Part shown: positions 18,394 through 27,564 of the stretch, piece by piece
Numbering within the stretch: position 1 is the stretch's first letter
How the letters are laid out: every line of letters starts with the position of its first letter
NCBI GenBank assembly: GCA_020854115.1
Contig: JADZGC010000004.1
Coordinates: forward strand, 1,665 to 65,664
DNA: 64,000 nt
Direction of reading: 5' to 3'
Source: a bacterium
GTDB lineage: Bacteria; Patescibacteriota; Saccharimonadia; CAILAD01; GCA-016700035
Translations under genes and position numbers: made by a program
The notes under the pieces: generated by a model
What the model was told of the DNA's origin: nothing
Seen by the model: the letters and a program-made list of their open reading frames with translations, nothing else
Databases searched by the model: none

Positions 18394-19224
18394 GTGGAAA
18401 CACCACAAGCATCAGGGGGACAACATCAATCGCATGATATTCCTTCGGGCGGGAATCCTCCCGATACTCATGGAGTGCATGACGGGCCTCACTCGCGGGC
18501 CGAAGTAGGTAGTAGTCATTCGGAGCCTGGACGTGCAAGCCTCGAGCCTACGGAAGCATTTCGCCAAGAGTTGCGTCAGAATCAACCTGCGCCCAAGCAT
18601 GTAGCACACGAAACACAATCACACCTTTTGACACCTGCTGATAGCCTACCAAAGCAGCCGACAGATAGCGGCCTTCAGCTCGGACAAAAAATCGGACCCA
18701 ATGGTCAGCCAATCGCAGAGGTAGTTGATCCGAGTGATGTCCCGCCACCACCCTCGGGGCGTTGGCAAACTTTTTGGTATGCATTAAGCGTCTTAAGTCT
18801 TGGCATTTTGTTTACTTCTACGAGTGTTGTGACGAGCTCTGGTACGCTCCAAAAATTACTGTTAGGTCTGCAAAACAACCCTGAAGATGTACTATTTGGT
18901 GCAAGATTGGATATTATCTTAGCAAATTCATTACTCGGGGCATTTATCGTTTGTTTGCCACTGTTTATTCTGTCGACAATCAAAGTAGATCGTTATCGAC
19001 AGTCGCACGTCGATATGCCAACAACGTCGCTCAAAAAGATCTCATATATCTTCATGGTTCTGTCGGTGCTGGTGATGATTGGTCAGATCAGTACCGCAAT
19101 CTTCCAGGCGCTCAACTATACATTTAGCACTATCAATATTGTCCCTGTCTTTGTGGATATTTGTTTTGTGGCAATCTATTTCTTTTGGCTCTATACATCA
19201 GTTGCGGAGGACAGACTACAATGA
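18394..19224 (+). CDS. Hypothetical membrane protein (disordered His/Pro/Gly-rich N-terminus + 4 TM)
   Basis: It starts on GTG with SD AGGAGG. No recognisable domain was found. Confidence 0.5.
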   Translation: METPQASGGQHQSHDIPSGGNPPDTHGVHDGPHSRAEVGSSHSEPGRASLEPTEAFRQELRQNQPAPKHVAHETQSHLLTPADSLPKQPTDSGLQLGQKIGPNGQPIAEVVDPSDVPPPPSGRWQTFWYALSVLSLGILFTSTSVVTSSGTLQKLLLGLQNNPEDVLFGARLDIILANSLLGAFIVCLPLFILSTIKVDRYRQSHVDMPTTSLKKISYIFMVLSVLVMIGQISTAIFQALNYTFSTINIVPVFVDICFVAIYFFWLYTSVAEDRLQ

Positions 19225-19883
19225 AGCAGTATCATACACTTATCACGCTGATTATTGCCGGCCTACTCACCATTTTGTTTGTGGTTGGATATGGCATCAT
19301 GGTCACACCAAATGATAAACAAGCTAAATTGTATGACCAGCAGCGCGAAAAAGATTTTACGAAGCTCAAGTCCTCGATCCAGACCTACTATACTTCGAAA
19401 CGAGAACTTCCCAAGACTCTTGTGAGCCTTACGCAAGAAGATGGATCTGGCGGTAGTGATCTGTCAGGGAATGCATTTCTCGATGGTTTGCTCGGCTCGT
19501 TCGCGGGCTTATCGATTCGCGATCCGCAGACAAACAAAGAATATGAGTATAAGTATGATAATCAATCGAGCAAAGAATACCAGCTGTGTGCGAAGTTTGC
19601 GAAATCAAACGAAGAAGGTGATAAGAAGATAAAGCCAACTCCTACGCCATCATATTTGAGGAAGACAACACAGAGTATTGTCGTAAAGCACGGTGCTGGT
19701 GATCAGTGTATCAAGTTCACTATCTCTGAGCAGAAAACTGATGATGACTATATTCCTTTTATCCAGACTGCCCCACGATCAGACGATGCGGAGCTGTCGC
19801 CAGAAGAAGAACAACGTTTATCTCAAGAACTTGGAGACCAGCCGAAGAGTTCGCCAACGCCGAAGATAACCCCAGCTTTCTAG
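19221..19883 (+). CDS. Hypothetical membrane-anchored protein with acidic/Pro-rich C-terminus
   Basis: The start overlaps the previous stop (ATGA). There is a single N-terminal TM helix. Confidence 0.5.
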   Translation: MKQYHTLITLIIAGLLTILFVVGYGIMVTPNDKQAKLYDQQREKDFTKLKSSIQTYYTSKRELPKTLVSLTQEDGSGGSDLSGNAFLDGLLGSFAGLSIRDPQTNKEYEYKYDNQSSKEYQLCAKFAKSNEEGDKKIKPTPTPSYLRKTTQSIVVKHGAGDQCIKFTISEQKTDDDYIPFIQTAPRSDDAELSPEEEQRLSQELGDQPKSSPTPKITPAF

Positions 19884-19896
19884 TCATAAAGAAATA

Positions 19897-19940
19897 CCCC
19901 CAGGCATTAAGTCTGAGGGGAGGGGTGATCGATTCTTTTT
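19897..19940. terminator. Bidirectional hairpin terminator between convergent genes
   Basis: The stem is CCCCCAG...CTG(A)GGGG, followed by T6 on the plus strand and a U-rich tract on the minus strand. Confidence 0.35.
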
Positions 19941-19943
19941 TGG

Positions 19944-20330
19944 CTACGCTCGCCTTTTGCCTGAGAGGATACGCATCAAGCAGAGGGCATTCTCCCAGCC
20001 TTGCGCGTCCGGACGGAATCGAGCAATGATCGGTCCTGCTTCTAGGAAGTGAGGATCGAGCTGACGCATATTGCGCAACTCAGTCTCGGTTACTCCTTTG
20101 AGGACGATGATTTTCTTACCCTCGAAGTTCGTACAGTCGGGGTAAAACACGAGAACGCCCAAGTAGATACCCATCTGCTTCACCCGTTCGATCTTGAAGT
20201 TGAGTGGGTTTGGGTTTGGTGGAGCTGTTGTTATATCGGGCTTTCTTATCGCGCCGATTGGAGAGGTATGACGACTGCAGTCGCACGAGTGCTCTAAGCC
20301 GTGGCCTCTGGCGATGAAGTTCAGTCCCAT
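19944..20330 (-). CDS. Hypothetical protein (128 aa), translationally coupled to the upstream HD-domain gene
   Basis: SD AAGGAAG lies 7 nt before the ATG, right after the HD gene stop. No confident domain call was possible. Confidence 0.45.
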   Translation of the reverse strand: MGLNFIARGHGLEHSCDCSRHTSPIGAIRKPDITTAPPNPNPLNFKIERVKQMGIYLGVLVFYPDCTNFEGKKIIVLKGVTETELRNMRQLDPHFLEAGPIIARFRPDAQGWENALCLMRILSGKRRA

Positions 20331-20342
20331 GAGAGAACTTCC

Positions 20343-20981
20343 TTAGGTGTACAGCGCACGCTCGCGCTCGAGGCTGGATCGCGCCACTTGCTCGTACCGC
20401 TCTTGCATTCGTTCGGTCTGAAAGATGAAAGGTCGAGCGAGAAAGCGTTCGATGAAAATTTTACGACCAAGCTCCCAGAGATTGTCAGGGTATTGCTCAA
20501 ACTCTCGTCGAATGAGCGCCGTGCCACGCGCATATTCTTCTGGATCGGCGGCGAGCGAGAGTAGGTCGAGATCACAAACGATCGCAGAGTTGGCATCTGT
20601 TGCTAGATGGCTCTCAGTGGCACGGACGAGAGGAGCTGCAGTTTTCACAACCGTATCGTCTGCAAATACTTGGTGCGCGGCTGGACCATGGGCCGACAGC
20701 AAATGGAGCATTAGCTTGGCGCTCATGCGCTCGTTGAGCTTGAAGCCAGGGTAGTACACGATATCATGAAACCATAGCGCAAGCTTTACCTCGGTTGGGG
20801 CATCGGGGGAGTACTGCTCTTGGTAGGTGAGCACTCGATCGATATGGTCGAAGCTGTGATAGTGTCGACCTGCTCCATCATACTGGCTCTTGATGGCGTC
20901 ATACACTCTTAGGCACATGCTGGGACTGGCCGGCGAGCCACTGGTCAAGTCTGCCCATCGCTGCATCATGTGGTTTTTCAT
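20343..20981 (-). CDS. HD-domain phosphohydrolase family protein (COG4339-type, 'NMDAR2C-like' bacterial HD protein)
   Basis: The HD motifs are RHYHSFDHIDRVL...LALWFHDIVY. The real start is MKNHMMQRW, with SD GGAGG 5 nt upstream; the ORF-track start is further upstream. Confidence 0.7.
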   Translation of the reverse strand: MKNHMMQRWADLTSGSPASPSMCLRVYDAIKSQYDGAGRHYHSFDHIDRVLTYQEQYSPDAPTEVKLALWFHDIVYYPGFKLNERMSAKLMLHLLSAHGPAAHQVFADDTVVKTAAPLVRATESHLATDANSAIVCDLDLLSLAADPEEYARGTALIRREFEQYPDNLWELGRKIFIERFLARPFIFQTERMQERYEQVARSSLERERALYT

Positions 20982-21106
20982 CTTTACCTCCTGTAGTCTT
21001 TTTGTCAAAGGACATCTTGAATATAGCGAGCTGAAAGAGTATTGTTAACTGTGTATAGTAATGATTAGACAAATTACATAATATATCTCAAGAAAAATCC
21101 ATCAAT

Positions 21107-21868
21107 ATGCTTGACCCACGTTCATTACTCGCGCGCCTTGATCTGTCAGAATCAGAAATCGACGCATATTTAGCTTTACTAAATGGGGCTCAGAGCGCAC
21201 GTGAGATCGTGCAAACTACAGGGCGAAGTAGACCGACCGTATATTATGCGCTGACAGCCCTTGAACGCAGGGGATTACTATCGAAGACTGGCCTTGATGA
21301 CGAGCAAAGCTTCCGGATAGAGCCTTTGAGTCGTCTGCAAACTATTGTGCGACACAAGCAGCAAGAGGTAGAGTCCTTAGAAAGTGAACTGGAAGCCTTC
21401 GCCGCGCAATTCCAGCAGTCCGATAAGGCTGATCATAAGCCTAATGTGGCATTCTATGAAGGGGTGAGTGCGGTACGCAGTGTCATTATGGAGACAGTAT
21501 ATTGTCACTCGAGGCAAATTGATACGCTGGTTCCTACCCGCAATTTCTTTTGGCAGTTTGGTCCCGATTTTGTTGAGAAATATGTAGAACTGCGCCATAC
21601 GCTCGGCGTGAAGACTCACAACCTATGGCAGGAGCCGGTTGACCAGGCGATTATCGATCAGTTTTATGATAAGGCAGAGATACGACTAATGCCCGGCGGG
21701 CTGGGGGATCGCTTTCGCACTACTGTCTTTATGTATGATGACTGTGTTTTGTATATATCGTCCTTGGCAAGTGGCTACGCATTACTCGTGCGTTCGCCTG
21801 AACACCGTGAGCTGATGCGAGAGCTATACGGGGTAGTTTGGGAGTTATCTAAATCATTGACTACATAA
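21107..21868 (+). CDS. TrmB-family (sugar-responsive) transcriptional regulator
   Basis: It has an N-terminal wHTH (LSESEIDAYLALLNGAQSAREIVQTTGRSRPTVYYALTALERRGLL) and a C-terminal TrmB-like effector domain. Confidence 0.6.
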   Translation: MLDPRSLLARLDLSESEIDAYLALLNGAQSAREIVQTTGRSRPTVYYALTALERRGLLSKTGLDDEQSFRIEPLSRLQTIVRHKQQEVESLESELEAFAAQFQQSDKADHKPNVAFYEGVSAVRSVIMETVYCHSRQIDTLVPTRNFFWQFGPDFVEKYVELRHTLGVKTHNLWQEPVDQAIIDQFYDKAEIRLMPGGLGDRFRTTVFMYDDCVLYISSLASGYALLVRSPEHRELMRELYGVVWELSKSLTT

Positions 21869-21950
21869 TGTGTACGAAATGATTGAATTCGTAACGTAGT
21901 AATTCTAGAGCAGTAGTAGCTGTAGGACATTCTAAAATCCAGACAGAAGA

Positions 21951-23348
21951 CTAAAAAGTCTTGTCTCCATATCTGATGAGGTAGTACGTGTAAGCATCTC
22001 CGACATATTGTATCTCGCTGTTTGGTCGATTTGATTTCGCTGCTTCAATCAAATCTGGGCGTATATGTTCATCAAATGAAGGGCCTGCAATTTGAATGAA
22101 TTGTGTGTGATAATGCCACAGAAATAGGCTAGTGACGATAGCATATACGAGCAGTACTGGTTTCCAGTAGTTTGCGCCAGCGTGGATTATCCGGGAAAGC
22201 CCCCAACCCATGAGAAGTGCATAAAATGGCCAAGCTGATATAGCACGCAGACTGTGTGGTTGACCCTCCCAGGTAAGAGCAGAACCGAGATATGAGGCAA
22301 GAATGCTTACAATAATAATCACAAAAAGTAGTCGTGTGCTGTTCTTTCCCTTTCCTTTTGGCTGCTTTTTCTTTTTCTGAAAGAGTAGTGCTAAAGCGCC
22401 GATCAGGATACTGAACGAGCCTAGGCCGAGCATGCCGGTCTGTGTGCCGTGGCGTAAGTTGCTATCGCCGGAGAAAAAGAGGAAGACGGGATTAGATAGT
22501 TGGAGCATATTCTTGCCGGCCAGCATGACGCCACCCCAGAACCCCTCGACGCCAAAGGCTTCTCGCGCTCCGGGTCCCCAGACGGTTAGAAACCCAGCAC
22601 GACCAAGCGCAGTGGGGGTGAGGCTGAACTGCAATAAAGGAACCATCGATAGAGCAGCAAGAATTCCGCCGAGAACCATGGACACCCAGTGGGATTTGAT
22701 GTGCTTCCACAGCGAGAGGACAAAGATTGGGCCGAGTATAGCGACAGTGATTCTGGTCGGAGGATAGGTGTAGGCCGCACCGACAAATCCGGCTAGCATA
22801 ATTCCCCAAGCGACAGTACTCCATCCACGCGTCCGGATGTATGACCACCCAGCCAACGTAAGGCTTATCCAGAATGGAATGAGCGCTGGGTCCCAAGCCA
22901 GTACTCCTTGATGCCATGACCAGGGTATCAAGCTCGCGACCAGGCCGGTGACTATTGCTGCCTCACGACCCCACCATAAGTATGTGACGTACATTAGTAT
23001 GGCGATGGCAAGCAGCGTGTAGAAAAGGGAGTGGAGCCGGAATGCATATTCACTATCACCGAATACTGCAGACCATACGACTCCGCTGTACATATACGTG
23101 GGCGTTACAAACCCCCCGCCGCCAGCGAGTGTGTAGAGCGGAAATGATTCTTGTCGCAGATTTCTACCGGTTTCACGCACACTGATGATATTTGCTGCGC
23201 CGATGGCCTCATCTACGTAAAATCCTGGGGGTGAATACACCAGGGCGATGGGGCGAGCAAGGGTTATTAGTATGAGGGCTGCGAGCAGGAGACTATGTAT
23301 GATATTTAGCTTCGAGTTATTGGCGCTCTTTTTTGTGCGTTGAGTCAT
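21951..23348 (-). CDS. GT-C membrane glycosyltransferase (GT39/PMT_2- or ArnT-like)
   Basis: It has about 11 TM helices, a DE-containing first loop (YVDEAIGA) and a C-terminal soluble domain. Confidence 0.65.
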   Translation of the reverse strand: MTQRTKKSANNSKLNIIHSLLLAALILITLARPIALVYSPPGFYVDEAIGAANIISVRETGRNLRQESFPLYTLAGGGGFVTPTYMYSGVVWSAVFGDSEYAFRLHSLFYTLLAIAILMYVTYLWWGREAAIVTGLVASLIPWSWHQGVLAWDPALIPFWISLTLAGWSYIRTRGWSTVAWGIMLAGFVGAAYTYPPTRITVAILGPIFVLSLWKHIKSHWVSMVLGGILAALSMVPLLQFSLTPTALGRAGFLTVWGPGAREAFGVEGFWGGVMLAGKNMLQLSNPVFLFFSGDSNLRHGTQTGMLGLGSFSILIGALALLFQKKKKQPKGKGKNSTRLLFVIIIVSILASYLGSALTWEGQPHSLRAISAWPFYALLMGWGLSRIIHAGANYWKPVLLVYAIVTSLFLWHYHTQFIQIAGPSFDEHIRPDLIEAAKSNRPNSEIQYVGDAYTYYLIRYGDKTF

Positions 23349-23372
23349 ACCTTGATACTAACATAAAAGCAT

Positions 23373-23404
23373 AAGCACGATGCGATTTTGGCTGCATCGT
23401 GCTT
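23373..23404 (-). terminator. Intrinsic terminator for the DEAD-box helicase gene
   Basis: The 11-bp perfect stem aagcacgatgc/gcatcgtgctt is followed on the minus strand by AUGCUUUUAUGU. Confidence 0.5.
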
Positions 23405-23424
23405 GGTTGTTGCTTGGCTATTGG

Positions 23425-24651
23425 TTACCGACCGATGAAGGTCAGTGCTTTACCGACATTGCCAGCTCGACCGGTTCGGCCGATTCGATGAATGTAGTCG
23501 TCGTAGGTGTTTGGCTGATCGAAGTTGATGACGTGGCTTACATTAGGAATGTCGATACCGCGTGCGGCTACATCAGTAGCTACCAGAACGCGAGCTTTGC
23601 CATCACGAAATGCTTGGAGTGCGCGCTGGCGTTGTGGTTGAGACTTATTGCCGTGGATTGCTTCGGCGCGAATACCGTCTTTGGTGAGAGAGTCTGCAAG
23701 CCGTTGTACACCGAACTTTGTCTCGCCGAAGACGAGCACTTTCTCAAATTCTGGTTGATTGAGTAGCCCATTCAGGATTTCAAGCTTCTCCTCCTTGGAG
23801 CTCGCACGAACCACATCTTGGTCGACGTGCTCGCTAGTCTCCTTCGTACGCACCGATACAGTGACAGGATTGGTCAGCAGGCGGTCCATGAGACCCTGAA
23901 TTGTCGGGGTGATAGTAGCACTAAAGCACAGCGACTGGCGCTTGGCGGGAAGTTGATCGAGAAGGAAGTTGATGTCCTTGATGAATCCCATATCGAGCAT
24001 GTGATCAGCCTCGTCTAGAACGACGATTGCAACGTGATTGAGTCGAAGTGTACGCTGGTTGAAGAGGTCCTTCAGGCGACCAGGGGTGCCGATCACTACC
24101 TGTGGGCGACGCTGGAGGGCGGCAATTTGGCGACCGATAGGCATTCCACCGAGACAGAGAGCTGTATAGATACCGAGGCCCTTTGAAAATGATTTGATTT
24201 CATTATCTATCTGCAGGGCTAGCTCACGCGTCGGAGCAACGATAAGTGCAGTTGAACCTTTAGCGTCAGTCATGAGGCGCTGTAGAATAGGGAGGGCGAA
24301 GGCGGCTGTCTTACCGGTGCCGGTATTCGCGAGGCCGATGACGTCCTTACCTTCGAGGGCGGCATGAATCGATCCGTCTTGAATGGCGGTCGGGGCAGTG
24401 TAGCCTTTGTGCAGGATGTTCTTCAGGAGGTCTTCGCGGAAACCGAAGTCGCTAAAGGCGTGCTGAGGAGTAAATACAATCTCTTCGGCTGGTCCAGTGA
24501 CCTTATTGATGAAGCGGTCAGGATTGATGTATTGCCCGCTGCGGCGAGGGCGGCTATTTTCACGTCGAGTGTGATTAAATGGTTTATTTCGATTTGGGCG
24601 CATAGAATTGCGTCCGCTGTGGCGAGTGCCGCCAAACGAGTGTCGTGGCAT
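23425..24651 (-). CDS. DEAD-box ATP-dependent RNA helicase
   Basis: The helicase motifs AxxGxGKT, PTRELA, DEAD, SAT and HRIGRTGRAG are present. The N-terminus is basic and Arg-rich. Confidence 0.9.
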   Translation of the reverse strand: MPRHSFGGTRHSGRNSMRPNRNKPFNHTRRENSRPRRSGQYINPDRFINKVTGPAEEIVFTPQHAFSDFGFREDLLKNILHKGYTAPTAIQDGSIHAALEGKDVIGLANTGTGKTAAFALPILQRLMTDAKGSTALIVAPTRELALQIDNEIKSFSKGLGIYTALCLGGMPIGRQIAALQRRPQVVIGTPGRLKDLFNQRTLRLNHVAIVVLDEADHMLDMGFIKDINFLLDQLPAKRQSLCFSATITPTIQGLMDRLLTNPVTVSVRTKETSEHVDQDVVRASSKEEKLEILNGLLNQPEFEKVLVFGETKFGVQRLADSLTKDGIRAEAIHGNKSQPQRQRALQAFRDGKARVLVATDVAARGIDIPNVSHVINFDQPNTYDDYIHRIGRTGRAGNVGKALTFIGR

Positions 24652-24790
24652 GAATATCTTTCTTGTGTTATTGATCTATTCTTGACTGATGAACGGGCGA
24701 GATTAGATCAATAACTCGATATTCATCACGATACTTTCATATCGAGAATCATTATAGCATAAGAGATAGGGATTGTCTAATATATATCAA

Positions 24791-24844
24791 GGTTCAAGAC
24801 TAGTTTAGAAGCCCTGTAGTATGCTTCTAAACTAGTCTTGAACC
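24791..24844. repeat. 22-bp perfect inverted repeat (ggttcaagactagtttagaagc / gcttctaaactagtcttgaacc) with 10-nt loop
   Basis: It was read directly from the sequence. It lies between the tRNA-Asp terminator and the helicase promoter/5'UTR. Confidence 0.9.
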
Positions 24845-24852
24845 ACAAATAA

Positions 24853-24878
24853 AAACCCCCTGATAACATCCGGGGTTT
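24853..24878 (-). terminator. Intrinsic terminator downstream of tRNA-Asp
   Basis: The stem aaacccc/ggggttt is followed by a U-run on the minus strand. Confidence 0.5.
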
Positions 24879-24885
24879 ACAGTAT

Positions 24886-24962
24886 TGGCGGGCCCGACCG
24901 GATTCGAACCGGCGATCTCCTCCGTGACAGGGAGGCATGTTAGGCCTCTACACCACGGGCCC
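24886..24962 (-). tRNA. tRNA-Asp (anticodon GTC)
   Basis: The cloverleaf is GGGCCCG...CTGTCAC...CGGGCCC-G-CCA. Confidence 0.9.
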
Positions 24963-25266
24963 GCATTTGAACCTGGCTATAGTAACAGATTTGTGTGGGC
25001 AATTCAATCCTGGGCGCTTGCTAGGAGAATCTGAGTACAGCGTGTCAAAAAACGAACAAAAAAAGTATTATACGATATATGAATGCACTAAAGAGTACAA
25101 AAAATACTCAAAAATACGAATACACAAATGGAACGAAATTAAGAACCCAGAGAACAATACTATAGTAGCGGTTGGATTGCATACTCGATACGTTGTAATA
25201 ATCCGCAATTTCATTGAGTCGCAGGGGAGTGATATGATACAATCCACCAGTCATTCTTATCTGTTG

Positions 25267-25340
25267 GCGGGTATAGTTTAGTGGTAGAATGCGACCTTCC
25301 CAAGGTTGAGATACGGGTTCGATTCCCGTTACCCGCTCCA
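25267..25340 (+). tRNA. tRNA-Gly (anticodon CCC)
   Basis: The cloverleaf is GCGGGTA...TTCCCAA...TACCCGC-T-CCA. A candidate promoter lies upstream: TTGAGT at 25213 and TACAAT at 25237. Confidence 0.9.
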
Positions 25341-25355
25341 AAGAAAGCTCAATGT

Positions 25356-25432
25356 GCCGATGTAGCTCAGCTGGCTAGAGCACCACTTTCGTAAAGTGGG
25401 GGTCGCGGGTTCGAGTCCCGCCATCGGCTCCA
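25356..25432 (+). tRNA. tRNA-Thr (anticodon CGT), discriminator U
   Basis: The cloverleaf is GCCGATG...TTCGTAA...CATCGGC-T-CCA. Confidence 0.9.
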
Positions 25433-25451
25433 GTACATCTCCTAGAAGGGG

Positions 25452-25892
25452 ATGTTGTTGGATAGAAAACAGTACAGCTTTAAACATAAAAGCTGTATAC
25501 TATTGCCAGATATGCGGCGCGTAGCTCATCAACTTTTTGATCAGGGTGGCATAGGTCAGAATAACTGGCTTGTTGCAATCTTGCTTTTTGTGTTTCTCAT
25601 TAATCTTATAAACACCGGTATTGCTATCTTTACGGTTCACCCGATGTCGGTGCAGGTACCGATTCGGTATTCAACTCTCACGGCATTCGATAAGCTGGGG
25701 AATTGGCAACTATTGTATATCTTGCCAACTGCTTCCTGGTTGGTCTCGATCGTAAATACCTTTTTGGCGCAGGCCACCTATCGTCGCAGTCGCATTACGA
25801 GCTTTATGCTGGTGATAGCAAGTCTGGGGCTGAGTTTGCTAATGATGCAGATTCTTTTACTCTATACAGGAGTGACTCATGGCGCGCGTTAA
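25452..25892 (+). CDS. Small polytopic membrane protein preceding the GT2 synthase (start possibly ATG 25512)
   Basis: It has three or four TM helices. Its end overlaps the GT2 start. Confidence 0.4.
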   Translation: MLLDRKQYSFKHKSCILLPDMRRVAHQLFDQGGIGQNNWLVAILLFVFLINLINTGIAIFTVHPMSVQVPIRYSTLTAFDKLGNWQLLYILPTASWLVSIVNTFLAQATYRRSRITSFMLVIASLGLSLLMMQILLLYTGVTHGAR

Positions 25893-27564
25893 TTCACTGA
25901 CAGGGAGTGGGCTGAAGGTGCCGCATCTAGTGGTGAGATTATTAGAGATACTACCAGGGGCCTTCACCTGGTTGACTTTGCTTTTGCCGGTAATCCTATC
26001 GATGTACGCACCATTTGTTGTTGCATATTTCATCATCGCCCTCGACCTCTATTGGCTTTTGAAGTCATTCCGTATGTCAGCTGCCCTCATCGCCGGCTAT
26101 CATCGCTTGAAGGCATCAATGCGCATAGTGTGGTCTGAGCGCTTAGACCGTCTCGAAGCTGGGAAGCAATCGGTTGGAGAGCTACAGGCTCTCATTGCCG
26201 AAGCACGATCGCAGACGCCATGGCTATGGTTTTTGACACTACGTGGTAGGAGACAACATGAGCAGCTGCTGCAGTATGAGATAGAGTCCGAAAAGCTCGA
26301 TGCATATCTTATGCAGCAACATCGCGTGAGACCTTCAGACGTACACCACGTTGTAATTATTGCAACATATAATGAAACACTTGATACATTGCGCCCGACA
26401 CTCCAGTCACTAACCCAGGTTGCGTATGACAATCGAAAGCTCATTATTGTTTTAGCCTATGAAGAACGAGGAGGTATCGTCGATAGGGAGCGCATGGATG
26501 TGTTGAAGCGCGAGTATAGTGGGAAGTTTGAACGCTTCTTTACTATCGAGCATCCGGATGGCTTGGCTGGAGAGCTGAAGGGTAAGGGCGCGAATATTAC
26601 CCATGCCGCACGCCAGCTTCTGTCGAAGCTTAAAGAAATGAATCTAAACCCTCGTGATGTATTAGTTACTACATTAGACGCAGATCACCGTCCTGACCCA
26701 AATTATTTTTCAGCCCTTACATATGGGTATGTAACCAATCAAAAAGGGAAGTTTACTTCGTTCCAGCCGGTCCCAATGTTTTATAACAATATCTGGGATG
26801 CACCTGCACCAATGCGTGTGATTGCGACTGGCAACTCATTCTGGGTGATCATTAACTCTATGCGCCCGCAGCTCTTGCGTAATTTTGCAGCCCATTCTCA
26901 GTCTTTGCAGGCGCTGATCGATACTGAATTCTGGTCAGTTACATCTCCCGTAGAGGATGGCCATCAATACTGGCGAACTTTCTTTCGCTTCCATGGTGAG
27001 CATGTCGTTGAGCCGTTGTTTGTGCCGATCTACCAAGACGCAACGCTATCTCGTAAGTATCTTTCTACGTACATGAATCAGTATCTGCAGCTTCGTCGTT
27101 GGGCGTATGGAGTCTCGGACATTCCGTACGTAATTGCGCAGTGTTTCCAGCACCCCGAAATACCGCTCGGCAAGCGCTGGATTCAGTTCTGGCGACTCTT
27201 CGAAGGGCACTATTCATGGGCGACTACGCCGTTTATCTTGACCTTTGTAGCTTGGATGCCGCTCTACTTTAGCCCGACGTTTAAGAACACTGTGTTGGCG
27301 CACCAGCTACCGATCATAGCTAGTCAGATTATGACTGTCGCAATGATTGGCTTGAGCATCACCATCTGGATTTCGTTGCTTTCATTACCACCTCGTCCGC
27401 ATCGATATACCTGGCGCAGGAATGTAGCAATGCTGCTCCAGTGGGCACTGCTTCCAGTCGTGTCGCTTGGTTTTGGGTCGACGGCCGCGATTGATGCGCA
27501 GACTCGATTGATGCTGGGTAAGTACCTTGGCTTTCGCGTCACAGAGAAGGCCGTGAAGACATGA
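25879..27564 (+). CDS. Processive family-2 glycosyltransferase (cellulose/chitin/hyaluronan-synthase-like membrane synthase)
   Basis: An N-terminal TM pair precedes a GT-A domain with VIIATYNE, TLDADH (DxD) and QLRRW (QxxRW). Four C-terminal TM helices follow. Confidence 0.8.
   Translation: MARVNSLTGSGLKVPHLVVRLLEILPGAFTWLTLLLPVILSMYAPFVVAYFIIALDLYWLLKSFRMSAALIAGYHRLKASMRIVWSERLDRLEAGKQSVGELQALIAEARSQTPWLWFLTLRGRRQHEQLLQYEIESEKLDAYLMQQHRVRPSDVHHVVIIATYNETLDTLRPTLQSLTQVAYDNRKLIIVLAYEERGGIVDRERMDVLKREYSGKFERFFTIEHPDGLAGELKGKGANITHAARQLLSKLKEMNLNPRDVLVTTLDADHRPDPNYFSALTYGYVTNQKGKFTSFQPVPMFYNNIWDAPAPMRVIATGNSFWVIINSMRPQLLRNFAAHSQSLQALIDTEFWSVTSPVEDGHQYWRTFFRFHGEHVVEPLFVPIYQDATLSRKYLSTYMNQYLQLRRWAYGVSDIPYVIAQCFQHPEIPLGKRWIQFWRLFEGHYSWATTPFILTFVAWMPLYFSPTFKNTVLAHQLPIIASQIMTVAMIGLSITIWISLLSLPPRPHRYTWRRNVAMLLQWALLPVVSLGFGSTAAIDAQTRLMLGKYLGFRVTEKAVKT

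Noticed and set aside
17247-25234. 13-nt exact repeat GGGGAGTGATATG at 17247 and 25222.
   Set aside because: Dozens of 13-mer coincidences are expected in 64 kb on two strands, and the contexts are unrelated. It was noted only as a possible SD+ATG-like motif.
24937-25281. 114-aa ORF spanning the tRNA-Asp/tRNA-Gly intergenic region.
   Set aside because: It overlaps two tRNA genes and an A-rich spacer. Its low-complexity Lys/Tyr-rich translation and lack of SD indicate a non-coding promoter/spacer region.
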